Below, in pieces: positions 21,601 through 33,423 of a stretch of DNA of 50,208 bases (position 1 is the first letter of the stretch; each line of letters opens with the position of its first letter). The notes beneath the pieces were generated by a model, which saw nothing but the letters and a program-made list of their open reading frames with translations, was not told where the DNA came from and did no database searches. Both the position numbers and the translations under genes were made by a program. The DNA is from Nemertoderma westbladi (taxonomy: Eukaryota > Animalia > Xenacoelomorpha): assembly GCA_032718475.1 (NCBI GenBank), contig JAUCBJ010000198.1, forward strand, positions 1 through 50,208. The letters are read 5' to 3'.

Positions 21601-22084
21601 TCGCAACTCCTACAAGCGTCTTCGCAGTAGGTCGCCGTTGGTTGATTACCTTCCGCCGACCTTGTCAGCATGGCTAGCCGTTGGTTGATTACCTTCCGCC
21701 TATCCATGGCCTACAGCCCTGCTGCCGACTGTAGGGGTCCTTTTGTTACACCCTGAACCAAGTGTGCCTCCTGGGTTAGGTTACCTAACACTAGTAGAGG
21801 AGCATCCAGTATAGACAGGGCGGGGCGTGTATCATCTCTAATGCAGATGCGTATCAAGCCTTTGCCTTCAATGGTGCCGTAGGCGCTATAGCCCTCAATG
21901 ACTTATTTAGTTGACGGGGCTAAACCAACCCACTCTTGATCAACTAAATAATGAATAGGCTATGCTTATCGGGCCTGCCCTACTGGGCTGACAGCTACAG
22001 GTAGTACCACATTACTGCCATATAGTGGTAGCAGGATCTGGGGACCTGAACTGACCACACCATCAATCTACACATCTACATTTA
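18630..22084 (-). pseudogene. RTE-type LINE B, near full length, with internal deletion and frameshift
   Basis: APE domain (IQEHR, GDLNA, QLDYIL, SDHR); RT (GVLQGDTLAPLLF, DFADDIALL); RTE-type C-terminus (RRLRFSGHCWR...RGRP); (TAG)n 3' tail; candidate TSD TCAATTTA (18622-18629, 22085-22092). Confidence 0.9.
19929..20408 (-). mobile_element. Captured internal fragment of the LTR element 2 family inside RTE-B
   Basis: Reverse complement aligns to ~32978-33456 with scattered differences; sits where the EN-RT linker is missing. Confidence 0.9.
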
Positions 22085-22399
22085 TCAATTTAGAAATGTA
22101 TAAAACGATGAGGGAAATTTAAATTGGTTCTGATCTTCAATATACCTAGGAAATAACTAATTATAGGAAGCAATATAAGATGTTGCAGTATTGTATATCC
22201 CACTGTTTTAGATTTTTCATGTCTAAATTTAGGACTGTAATAAAATTTTACTAATATGTAGGTACAATAGGCCTACTGTACAGATATTTTTTAAATGCAA
22301 TATGGCTGGCTGTCATTTTGTTAATTTCTGTTCGTTAGTTCTGATATTTTGTAAGCACCTATTGCGATATTAAGTGACACTGAAGAATGAATCACAGAC

Positions 22400-22577
22400 T
22401 GCAATATTCAATAGTCTACCACTAGGGGGCGATAATGTTCTAGAATGTAAATTGCTTGTCATTTTCTTAATTCCTGTCTGTTTGTTTTGAAATTTTGTAG
22501 ACACCTTATACAATATAAAATTATCCTGGAGAATGAATCCTAGACTGTAATATTCAACTGTCTGCCGTTAGGGGGCG
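22400..22577 (+). promoter_or_regulatory. Two CTCF-like motifs in a tandem repeat of the TIR element
   Basis: ccactagggggcg (22419-22431) and ccgttagggggcg (22565-22577), each preceded 19 nt earlier by tg(c/t)aatattc. Confidence 0.45.
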
Positions 22578-23592
22578 ATAATGTTTTAGAATGTAAATTG
22601 CTTGTCATTTTGTTAATTCCTGTACGTTCTAGACACTTTCTAGAATATGCGTGGGACAAGGTGGACAAACATCTACAACACTCCCAATAATGAATTAAAA
22701 ATACGAATAATTTTAAGTTTTGTAAAAAAAATTTTTGAAAAAAATTAAAATTAAAAAAAAAAATTTTTTGGCTACATGTTTTTTTTTAATTTTGCAAAAT
22801 TTTTTTTTAAATAATTCATTAACAATATTAATAGTTTCAAAGTGTTAAAAGCTGTATAAAAAGCCGAATAACAACATTGAGCTGCCTAACTATATAGTAA
22901 GAATTGCTATGATGTTATTAATATTTTCAATTTTTTTAAATAACAAAATTATTTTGAAAAGAGCTACCCGATTCACCTTCACATAAATCGCTATAACTTT
23001 TTTTTGGAAATAGATATTGAGATCCCGTTTTTTTGTTAAAATCTCTGGAAAATTCTACATCTCATAGGCCTAATAACTCAAAATCGACATCCGGTGACAT
23101 AAGGACCCTTTTCTCGTGGCCACCCACATATCTCGAAACAGGAAATGTCTACAAGGTAGGTCTACATCCTAAATTTGCATAGAGGATAAAACAAGCAGGA
23201 AACGAGCTGTATCAACAAATCAGGCTGATAATATAACAAGTATTATCAAGTCAAGTCAAGTTTGTCAAGTCAAGTGATGTCAATTCAGTATGTCAAGTCG
23301 TATGGCGCCAAGTCAAACTACTATCAAGTCACGTGATGTCAATCAAGGCATTAATTATTAAGTGATGTCGAGTCCAATGATGTCAAGTCAAGTGTCATAA
23401 AACCAAATGATATCAAGTCAAATAATTTCAATTGATAAAAAGTCAAGTGATGTCATTTATCATTATGATAAATGACCATGATGTCTGTCACGGTTTTCTA
23501 ATTATTGAAATTGCTTCCGTCAATTCGTTTTACCCACTGCATCGTACCCATCTTGTGAAATTCCACAATAAGAGGCAGGCAAAGAATCGCAA

Positions 23593-23826
23593 GAACTCAA
23601 CAAAGATAACAGCCAGATGCCTGTCCTTCTTTTTTGATAATTCTTCAATTATCCTTATAAGTGCCAAAATGGGCTCCATGGTCCCACGACCTTTACGGAA
23701 CCCATTCTGATTTCCACGGAGCAGTCTCTCAATGGGATCCCTGATGCGATTTAATAGAATCCTATTGTATAGCTGTGCAGCAATCGAGATCAATGAGATT
23801 CCCCGAAAAGAACCATAGAGTGTTAG
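23593..23826 (-). pseudogene. RTE-type LINE A, copy 2, 3' piece
   Basis: Paralog of 9801-10034; separated from the rest by LTR element 2. Confidence 0.9.
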
Positions 23827-25038
23827 TGTAAAAGCTTTTGCTGAATTGTCCGGTTATTTTTCCTTATTTTTCCCGTAAAATACTCTGTAGTTGGTTTACC
23901 AGGCATAAAAGGGCCGTGTCCTTGCTGTACTGGTGTTTTAGCGGACATAAAAGCTATTTCTTCTGTATTTGTACTTTAGAGGACATAATCCGTAATTCCG
24001 TGACGTAAAAGCTCGATACTCTTGAAAACAGTGTCGCTACCATGACGACGGCTAGCAGCTGATATTGCCACGTCGACGTTTCTTTGTTTCTTTGTTCTCT
24101 CGTTGTTCAGGTTGACCAATCAGAGCGTTTGTTGTCTCTGTGTTGGAGGTGTATACAGAAACTCAGTAGTTCAGTGTTATGTTTTTGCCCAGAGCCTAAG
24201 AACCGGCTTTTGGCACCTCCGTGTTTTCAGTTTTTAGTCTTACACTAGTAGGCTTAATTATAAGGACATATATCCGTTATCTGCATACTGATGTCTGCAT
24301 ACTGCATACTGCATACTGCAGTACTGCATACACTGCATACTGTGTAACACTGTGCATACTTTTATATTGTTATACTGCTATTTACTGTCAGTTCTTCATA
24401 ATATGGTTGATGAATTATTATATTTGGAATAACGACAAATAACCCCGAAAACCCAATATTCTTGATATACCTAAGGTAAGAGAGAAAGGTTACAGATAAA
24501 TGATTGCGACCTATGTTGAGTGGTTTGAAGTGAATCTAATGTTATTTGATAGACCCTACATGATTCGGTCCGTGTTCCTTTTATATGTGACTAAAATCAG
24601 TGAAGATCGGCAGATCAGTGTGCAGTATTGTGCAGCATTGTGTATGAGTGAGACTGATAACGAAGCATTTCCTAAAGAATGCGCCATATATGTGAATTGT
24701 AACTAAGCCATATCGTTGTGAGTAGTTTAAGTCATAACTCTGTTTGTATAGATAGAGCGCCACGTCCTAAAGGAACTGTTAATATTTCCCGAAGGTGAAT
24801 AATATTGTCAGAGATTATATAATACTGTCAGTCGAATAATACATTAGGCTTACATAGCAAAAAAATTAAGCCGTCGAACCCAATCTCCCGGGTATATCCA
24901 GCGGGTGAATGATCGCGCACAGATTGGTTTCGACTAGTGTAGTGAATTAAATACTTGTCATAGACTAAAGGTGATTTATTATCTAGAAGACATCCTAATT
25001 TGGCGGGTTAAACTGCCAAAGGTCTAAAAGCGCGAACA
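23827..25038 (+). repeat. 5' LTR of element 2
   Basis: Direct repeat of 34787-35998; only two substitutions noticed by eye. Contains CCAATCAGAG, TCAGT motifs and ctgcata repeats. Confidence 0.97.
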
Positions 25039-25049
25039 ATAACGGATAT
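25039..25049 (+). promoter_or_regulatory. Non-tRNA primer-binding site of element 2 (putative self-priming)
   Basis: ATAACGGATAT directly after the LTR CA is the exact reverse complement of ATATCCGTTAT at 24270-24280 (and 35230-35240). Confidence 0.7.
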
Positions 25050-25344
25050 TGCTTCTTTATTGCAGTAAGCAATAAAGTCGAAAGTACCGGTCGACCGGTA
25101 ACCAGTAGGCCTGACTGCCTGATCATCCGGACCGGTACCTACAGCAGTATTTTTCGATTTTGATTATTATATACCAGTAGGCCTTAATAATTAATCAGGG
25201 ACTGCAGCCCTGGTTTTTTATTGAGATTTTTACTTATTTCTGTCAAGTTTTATTTATTTGTAGGCCAGTATTGAACAGAAGGCGTGTAAGCCTGATCATA
25301 TTGTACAGACAAGTTGTAGGCTGAGCTGTTGTCTGATTGCTGTT

Positions 25345-25880
25345 AAGTCTGAACGGATTGCAGTGTGTGTAGGTCACCTGTCCGATAAAGAACGGTTGGG
25401 AAGTAGGGGTAGCCATTGCTGTAAAGTAAACCCCCAATTAAAGAATAAGTCGTACTACTGGGTTAGAACGCATACTACCTAACTATTTCGGAGTCTGCAT
25501 GTCCTGTAGTTTATTTAGGCTTGAGAGTAGTCTGCCATCGTTTGGTCTGTACTTTGTTTGTGTAGTCTGTACAGGTAGCGTATAAAATTTATTTAGATAA
25601 TTTGTAGGCTGGATAGTTGTCTGGCTGTTATTAGGTCTGAACGGATTGCAGTGTGTGTAGACTGTAGAGCCCTTGTCCGATAAAGAACGGTTGGGAAGTA
25701 GGGGTAGCCATTGCTGTAAAGTAAACCCCCAATTAAAGAATAAGTCGTACTACTGGGTTAGAACGCATACTACCTAATCATTTCGGAGTCTGCATGTCCT
25801 GTAGTTTATTTAAGCTTGATAGTAGTCTGTCAGTATTTAGTCTGCATTTTGTTTGAGTGGTTTGTACGTGTAGCGTAATA
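25345..25880 (+). repeat. ~295-bp tandem duplication in the 5' leader of element 2
   Basis: gtctgaacggattgcagtgtgtgtag...tccgataaagaacggttgggaag occurs twice. Confidence 0.9.
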
Positions 25881-27331
25881 TTTATTATTCAGAGTTTATG
25901 CGATTATTCGCAACATTCATTCCCCAAGTTTGTTCCTACAATAATTGTGTTTGTTATACATACCGCTATAGTTAAATTAACCCCGGTACTACACGGGCTG
26001 CTTGGCGTAGGTAAAGACTGGTGATTTTGTGCACCGGTTACTCCAGCAGATGCCGTGGTTCTTTTAGCTGTTCAAGTATATTTAACTACTGATTATATGT
26101 TATACAAGTACTTGTACCTAATTTAGGGTTTAGTGTACAGTACTTTCCGAAAGTAATTAGTGTAGGCATTATATTTGTGTTGTAAAGTGGTTGATAGGCA
26201 CGTTCGATTAGCTCTATTAACTTCTAGGTAGGGACACTCCGTGATACATAACGTAGTACCTATAGCGATACGGCTATAGGTCGTCAGGCGGTGGTATTTT
26301 CCTATCTGGACAACGCAGTGTATTTACTACTACGTATTATTTTCAAATACCGCAGTACCCTGTCCGTTGTAATAACCAGAATTCTAACCCTTTGTTAGGC
26401 TGGTTTGTAGACTTCTTGTAAAATTACCCTAAAAATTCGTATTTTGTGTTTTTTGTAAATTTTTATGTTTATTTAGAGATTGTAATCTCACCCGAATTGT
26501 ACGTAATTTGTAGTATTAAGTAACTTAGGTAAATTAGAATTATTTGTTTTAGTGTCCTATAAGTAACACTTCACTGAAAGCGCACCGCTTTGTGTAGTGA
26601 TTACTCCCCAGAAATAATAACATTTATTTCAAACATCGACAAAACCCATTAAAACGGGTATATATATATTATAAATCAACTCAAACGATTTATAAATAGT
26701 AGGCCTACCATATAACAATTAGGTCTCAATATCAGTTGGACTACTGCTTAACTAACGGCAATAAAGTAAGTTAAAGTAACCAAGTAACCCTTGAAATTCA
26801 GAAATTCAGTTATTTAAAATAATTGATATACCGGTATTTACAGTAGGCTTATTATATTTATTTCTATAAATTTTAGGTTGAAATCATACCGGTATTCTGT
26901 AATTAATTCTAGTTTGTAATTATACTTATATATATACACTATAAGTGTAAACTGCATACCGGTATTTACGATAGGTCTATTATCTTTATTTCTATAAATT
27001 TAGGCTGAAATTATACCGGTACTTGTAATTAATTCTAGTCCAGAATTATATATACTACAAACTGTAAGCTGTATACCAGTATTTCCGTTAGGCCTATTAT
27101 ATATTTATATATATTTGTGCTAAAATTATATGCCGGTTTCTGTAAAAAACCTAGTCTGTAATAATACTTATATATACTATAAGCATACCGGTATTCTAAT
27201 ATATTATATATATATCACGCTACACTGAGTAGCAGTATCGGTAATTAATTACTAGGCTAGCAGTTAATGCTGAATTACTAGACTTGCTTAGACTGTAATA
27301 TAGCAGTAGGCATTCAACTGTACAATCAAAC

Positions 27332-30300
27332 ATGTCTGACTCACCACAAACATTGTCAGATAGCCTCTTAGAAAGTGCTAGAATGAGTGTTAGACAGGGT
27401 CTTAAAAAGATCTGGGACTCAGCTAAGAGTATAGAGCGTCTGAGATCAAAGTCCAAGTCCCCTCCTACTGTAAGCAAGGCCATCCCTACAGTATTAATAA
27501 CAGAACCGAGGCTGGTCCAACATCGTAGGTCTATCATAGGCACTCGACCTCAAGTCAAGCGAGACCAAGAAGCAGCGGAACAGCAACAACCCGCGAGCCA
27601 GGAACTTGTTTCTCAGCGGTCCGACAGCTCCAGTAGTTCGGATACTGTTGAGCGGACGCCCGAGCGCGGAGCGAAGATGGCGGATAAGGTTTATGATGAG
27701 TGGACAACCTATGAAGAATCAACCGACGCCACTTCTTCTCAAGAAGAAAGCGAAGCGACGGCAGAGAAACAGCATAAGAGGGATGCCATTGACATCTATC
27801 TGTCAGACTATCAACGTTTTTTAGGTGATGACGAGTTGAGGAGAAGGTTAGAGGGACTTAGCCCTAATAGTGAAGGAACCAAGCTTGTGTTGGATGCCAT
27901 CGATGCGGAAATGTTAGCGGCGAACCAAGCTAAATTCGATGAACAACTCCGCATCGCTAGAGAACAAGAAGAACAAGTAAAGAAAAAACGTATAGAAGAT
28001 AGAAAGACAGCGGCAGTGGCAGCAGCAGTGGCAGCGGCAGAAGCCGAAAGAAAAGCGGCACTGGCAATAGCAGAGGCAGCGGCAGAAACCGAAAGAAAAG
28101 CGGCACTGGCAAAAGCAGAGGCAGCGGCAGAAACCGAAAGAAAAGCGGCACTGGCAATAGCAGAGGCAGTGGTAGAAGCAGAACGGAGGGCATCTGAAGA
28201 GGCAACCCAACTAGAGTTGGAAATTCTTCAAGAGAAGCAAGACAACTTCAATAAACAGTTAACAGCGAGCAATATGCAGATGATGAGTCGATCTACTCCC
28301 AAGAGACAGGGGTATACATCATCTGAGGAAGGCGATACCACCGACACTGAAGGCGGAGGAAATCGATCTCGCCTAAGCAGACGTAAAAGAACATTCCACC
28401 GTCAGAAATTGCCTGATTTGCCTCCAGCTGTTAGAAGGCAACTAAATAACACCAAAGTAGGTAGTACAGAACCCACAGACCAAATAATTACAATAGAGAG
28501 ACTCCCTACTATAGTAGATGAGCCTGAAATAATTAGGCCTGTTCCCGAAGCTACCCTTTCGGTCGTAGAGACACCTGTACTCCCTGAACCTACTTCTCAA
28601 TTCCCTTTGCACAGCACTAAGCTACCTGTGCCCAGCAGAACAGTCCATGAGACAGTGCATACCCTGGACTCCGAGCGAAATATTACAGATTTGTCGCCCG
28701 TTGTCCCTCGTCCGCCCGCTACAACGTTGGCGACTCCCGCTTCGGCGGTCGAATGGGTGGACGAGAGACGACGGGGGATGGATCTCCTGCTCGGGCAGAT
28801 GCAGGAGACTGTCCAACAATTCAAGGGCACAGTAAGGGAAAGTAGACTAGAGTTGCAAGAAGTGCAGCAAAATATCGCGCTAGAACGTGATAAATTAGTA
28901 AATTTACAAAAGGGTATACCACCACCCCTTGTAACAATGTGTCAACCTGTTAGGTCTGAAGCATCTCATGCGCAAGGTGTGGAGCCTACCCGCATCTATA
29001 CTGCTAGCGAAGTAGAAACTCCTATAGTGAACCCTATTAAGGGTAATTATAAACCTGTTGATAATGATATTCCCTATAGACCGGATCATAATCCGAGAAA
29101 TTTATATACCGATAACTCGATATTAAATAACACGATGGCCCAAGAAAGTTTTACGCGTCAAATGGCTAGAACCGAAGCCCGGCAAGCGGTAAAGGTGGGA
29201 GAGATCGTCAAGTTCAATGGAGATGAGATGAAATGGTTACCTTTTAATGAATATTACAAAGATAACATACAGAACTTTGTACTATCTAATGGAGAAAAAC
29301 TTAGATACCTCATCGAGTGCTTGGAAGGATCTCCCAAGTTAATGGTGTTAAAATTTATTGGACATCCAGATGGATTAAGACAAGTTTGGGATACACTAAA
29401 CATCAGGTATGGTAATAGGACTAACATAGCTAGGTATTTATATGCGAAATTAATGGCGCCCCGAAAGTTTCTTAGCAGCGGGATTATAGAGTTTTCCGAC
29501 GAGATTCAGGAGATCTGTAGACAACTAGATTGGTTAGGTAAGTCTCATGAATACCAGAATTCTATGGTTGTAGGAGCCCTAGCATCTACTTTGCCCAAGG
29601 GTGGAGTAGGTACACGCTGGGACAAGAAAGTGTTATATATGATGGAACAACAACGACGAGACCCTACCATGGCTGATCTCATGTCATTCTTAGATAGAGA
29701 AGTGAAATTACAGCTCCTAAGGCAGTCCAGAGAGAAGACACTGGAAAACAAGGTAAGTGAGAAACCCGTTTCTAGGAGAAGGGTAACACCAGTGTGTTAT
29801 ACAGACGACGGCGAAAGCCAGACTTCTCAAGGAGAGGATAGCGGGAAAGACACTGAGAGATCTTACTACGACAACAAAACGCCTAAAGACCAGGTAAGTA
29901 AATTCAAGTCTCGACCCAATGACAGAAGGGAACCGGTACAAAAAACCCCTCCTACGTCTCCTAAAAGAATTCAGGTGAGAAAGCCCGAGGAAAGAACAAG
30001 TGTGCACCACATAGCACAGGTTAAAGTAAGTAACATCAAGCCGAAATGTGTGCTGTGCGACGGGCCCCACCGTTTAAATGCGTGTGATAAATTCCTGGGG
30101 AAATCACTAAAGGATAGACGTGAAGTCATGTGGGATAAGCGGTTGTGTTATAATTGCCTCAGACGAGGACACCAACGGCGAACCTGTTACTCCGACGCAA
30201 GGTGTGCAAAGTGCGGCGCAAAACATCATATCTTGTTGCATACGGAATTCGAACGAAACAGCCCGAGTCAGGTAAGTGAGTCCGAACTACATGTCCAATT

Positions 30301-31831
30301 CAGTGATGTGAACGACACTGATCAATCTGAGATGGAAGGATTCTATACGGACGAATTCTCCGACCAAAGTTCTGAAATGGAAGGATTCTATACGGACGAA
30401 TTCTCCGACCAAAACGAAACCTGTTACATAATAAACACCACCGCAGTGTATCGAGCACTCGTGCATGAGAAAGACACAGACAGCGACCTTACCTTAACTT
30501 CTCCCGATCAACAACCATCTTGGAAAGAGCCAACTTCCAATATAGGAATCCGAGAATTTCCTGTAGTCCAGTTACGGGTCCACGGACCTCAGAAGAGCTA
30601 TATAGTGAACGCCCTCCTGGACTCCGGCAGCACAGGAACATTCATCGATAAAGAACTAGCCGAAGACATCTTTGCTGGACAACCCAAGTTCCGAACCAAG
30701 CTAAACATGTCAGGGATCATGCAGGTTTGGAAATCTGCTGTGGCTGCCGACTATTATATAGGTGAGTTGTCCACTCCACAGGATAAACTAGGAGAACACA
30801 GTATAAGGTCAGTCAAAATGGTGGCAATAAAGAACTTCGCTACTACTCAAGCAGATCTTTATAATTGGGACGAGGATGAGAGCATCCAACATCTTAAGAT
30901 ACCTCGATTCCAGACTGATTATCCTGGAGTGCAAATACTCATCGGCCAAAACGCGCATGAGGCGCTGGAGACATTAGAGAAACGACCTACTCAACCGCAA
31001 CCACTTCAGACCTATGCGATAAGAACTAGAGTAGGTTGGTACCTTACTGGACCTTCCCGTAGAACGCTCAGGGAAAGACTGCTTCAAGATCGCGTCTGCC
31101 AGGTGAGTGAATGGGAAGACGATACTAGTGAGGGAGACGACCCAACTGAGGGAACACCACACTCCTCAGATAATGACAATCTTAACTCCAATGTAGATCA
31201 ATGGAGATATTGCCCCAAGACGATGAATACAACTGACATCGCTTCCAGAGGAGCAACTCCTCAAGAACTGACAGATACTACAGACCGGTTAGGTGAACCC
31301 GACTTCCTGAGTAAGGAGGATGAATGGCCTCCCCATCTTACTCCGACTGAGATTAGACCAGCCAAGGGAGCGGAGAAAGTCAAACCAAAAACCCGGACGG
31401 GTGGAGCGGAGTTATTTGAACCCGGGATAGATCTGTCGGTATTACATATTGCCAGGGACGACGCCGTGGATCTGGACCTCCCCACCGCGAGTGGATCCTT
31501 CATGAAGATCAAAGAGAGCGATTGGAGCTCTGGAACATCAGACGTCTCGCAGGGACTCTCACCTCTCCTGCAGGGAGCGACGGACCACTATAGCTCCTGG
31601 AATCGGCTTTGTAAGGCCGTCGTGTACCTAGAGCGATGTTTCTATCGTCACTATTCCAGGACGAAGAGGAAACCTGGAACTGTATTCGGGATGCAGCGAC
31701 TCAATCACCCAGTCGGTCGTTTGTGTTTACCGGAAGGGAATAGAGGACTCTCCGGAAACTGTGGAAGGCAAGATTCTCTTCCCACGACCACCTCCCTAAT
31801 CCTTCAAACATCTAGGGACTCCATAACGTAA
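27332..31831 (+). CDS. BEL/Pao Gag-protease polyprotein (1499 aa) lacking RT, most of RNase H, and integrase
   Basis: DUF1759-like Gag (KFNGDEMKW...KLRYLIECLEG...LNIRYG); three knuckles (CVLCDGPHRLNAC, CYNCLRRGHQRRTC, CAKCGAKHHILLH); protease ALLDSGS; pol remnants QWRYCP...DIASRG and YSSWNRL; no YxDD-type RT motif. Confidence 0.92.
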   Translation: MSDSPQTLSDSLLESARMSVRQGLKKIWDSAKSIERLRSKSKSPPTVSKAIPTVLITEPRLVQHRRSIIGTRPQVKRDQEAAEQQQPASQELVSQRSDSSSSSDTVERTPERGAKMADKVYDEWTTYEESTDATSSQEESEATAEKQHKRDAIDIYLSDYQRFLGDDELRRRLEGLSPNSEGTKLVLDAIDAEMLAANQAKFDEQLRIAREQEEQVKKKRIEDRKTAAVAAAVAAAEAERKAALAIAEAAAETERKAALAKAEAAAETERKAALAIAEAVVEAERRASEEATQLELEILQEKQDNFNKQLTASNMQMMSRSTPKRQGYTSSEEGDTTDTEGGGNRSRLSRRKRTFHRQKLPDLPPAVRRQLNNTKVGSTEPTDQIITIERLPTIVDEPEIIRPVPEATLSVVETPVLPEPTSQFPLHSTKLPVPSRTVHETVHTLDSERNITDLSPVVPRPPATTLATPASAVEWVDERRRGMDLLLGQMQETVQQFKGTVRESRLELQEVQQNIALERDKLVNLQKGIPPPLVTMCQPVRSEASHAQGVEPTRIYTASEVETPIVNPIKGNYKPVDNDIPYRPDHNPRNLYTDNSILNNTMAQESFTRQMARTEARQAVKVGEIVKFNGDEMKWLPFNEYYKDNIQNFVLSNGEKLRYLIECLEGSPKLMVLKFIGHPDGLRQVWDTLNIRYGNRTNIARYLYAKLMAPRKFLSSGIIEFSDEIQEICRQLDWLGKSHEYQNSMVVGALASTLPKGGVGTRWDKKVLYMMEQQRRDPTMADLMSFLDREVKLQLLRQSREKTLENKVSEKPVSRRRVTPVCYTDDGESQTSQGEDSGKDTERSYYDNKTPKDQVSKFKSRPNDRREPVQKTPPTSPKRIQVRKPEERTSVHHIAQVKVSNIKPKCVLCDGPHRLNACDKFLGKSLKDRREVMWDKRLCYNCLRRGHQRRTCYSDARCAKCGAKHHILLHTEFERNSPSQVSESELHVQFSDVNDTDQSEMEGFYTDEFSDQSSEMEGFYTDEFSDQNETCYIINTTAVYRALVHEKDTDSDLTLTSPDQQPSWKEPTSNIGIREFPVVQLRVHGPQKSYIVNALLDSGSTGTFIDKELAEDIFAGQPKFRTKLNMSGIMQVWKSAVAADYYIGELSTPQDKLGEHSIRSVKMVAIKNFATTQADLYNWDEDESIQHLKIPRFQTDYPGVQILIGQNAHEALETLEKRPTQPQPLQTYAIRTRVGWYLTGPSRRTLRERLLQDRVCQVSEWEDDTSEGDDPTEGTPHSSDNDNLNSNVDQWRYCPKTMNTTDIASRGATPQELTDTTDRLGEPDFLSKEDEWPPHLTPTEIRPAKGAEKVKPKTRTGGAELFEPGIDLSVLHIARDDAVDLDLPTASGSFMKIKESDWSSGTSDVSQGLSPLLQGATDHYSSWNRLCKAVVYLERCFYRHYSRTKRKPGTVFGMQRLNHPVGRLCLPEGNRGLSGNCGRQDSLPTTTSLILQTSRDSIT

Positions 31832-33423
31832 CAACATATGGAGTGGGTGTGTGACTCTATTATTTTATATTATTTTATTATTTTTATATTTCTGTATGTA
31901 TTACTATGTAATTTTATTATAATCGTTTTCTTTAATTTTATTCAGTAGAATGTTATTTTAGCGATTATTTAGTAGATTAGTGCAATATATATTCGCGTTT
32001 ATTACTTAATTACGTATATATTATATTTAATGCGACGGCAAGAAATAATTTTTTTCCTCTTTCCTTACTGTCCGTATCATATTATAAATACGTGACTACA
32101 GTAAGATGAAATGTCCGTACTTATTAAAGTACAATAAAGCCACTACTATATTTAAGTATTATTGGTAGGCAGAGTATTAGGAATGCAAAGTTCAGATCCT
32201 CGTGTCTCGGCTAAACCAAGCTCTGGGTAGACCTTGGAAACGACTTGCCTCTTCACACTGACATTGCTTCGTGCGATATTGCTCTCATACCGTATATTAA
32301 ATAATACATATAGTAGCGTGATGTCCCTTTAACAGTAGCGTATAACGCAAAATAAATCTGTTAAACCCTTTGACCATCTGTAATTCTAGTCGATTAAGAT
32401 ATCGTGGCACCCACCGATATACTTGAAAGACAAATTATAGAATCAGTGGTTAACGTCCCCAGACAAGTTCTGGAATAAATCGGTGCCCATCTCAAATATT
32501 AATTATTTAATATTTGCAAATCTAATAAATCAAAATCTGTAAAATTCAGATCCTTCAACAATTCTAGTCAATTAAGATATCGTAGCATTTACCGATATTC
32601 TTAAAAAAGACAATTGTCATAGAATTAAGGATCTTGTGTCCCTAGACATGTTCTAGAATCAAAATATGTCCATTTAATTATCAAATAATAAAATTTCAGG
32701 GAATAAATTTAAATTCATGTCTTTTAATGAATTTAATAAATTGCCATTTTTACGCAATTTATAAAGTTCCCAAAATTCCATTAATTAATAGATCAAGGGA
32801 GCGGAGATTTATCTTATTATGCGTACGAGTGTGTGAAAGTCTCCCAAACATAGTCAATAGCCGATAAAATTCATAAAGTCATGTATAAAACAGAACATTG
32901 ACTATTAAAGAATACTATTAAATAACATCCCAGATCTGTATGCATTGGAATTACTCTAATTCTACCTATTCTACCTATTGTCCCATTGAATAGCATAGGG
33001 AATAAATAGCGCACTACTAGTATCCAAGGATACATAATAATACAGTGACATTCTGGAAGGCATTGACTAACGGACAAATGGCCCGAATGTGTAATTTGTG
33101 ACAAGTTGTGTGTGTGGTATTTGTGAGTTTATAGGCGAATGTTACTACTAAGGTGTGTTTACAGTAGCTAGTCGCAATCGTGAAAGTAACCTAATTCTCC
33201 AAGGAAAACCTGAAGTACATCTAAGCCTTTGGGACGGACAGTCGAGTGACTTGTGCCGGTTGTCGTTGTCGTTGTGCGGCTACGTCGTTGGCGAAAGTAC
33301 AGCGGCGACGACACATCGGCGCTGAGGATCTCGTACTGTCCGGGGGTTGATTGGGTAGGCAGCGACGCCCGCTCGCCTAAATATAAACTCATTATAATAT
33401 GGATAAACTCATATATAGCAGAT

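Larger units (their letters stand above)
18520..23128. mobile_element. Non-autonomous TIR DNA transposon (~1.1 kb) interrupted by RTE-B
   Basis: 35-bp TIRs tgtggctggccacgagaaaagggaccttatgtcgc / gtgacataaggacccttttctcgtggccacccaca (3 mismatches), flanked by TA; no transposase. Confidence 0.85.

Noticed and set aside
24221-24763. Short ORFs duplicated at 35181-35723
   Set aside because: Lie within the LTRs; the duplication is due to LTR identity.
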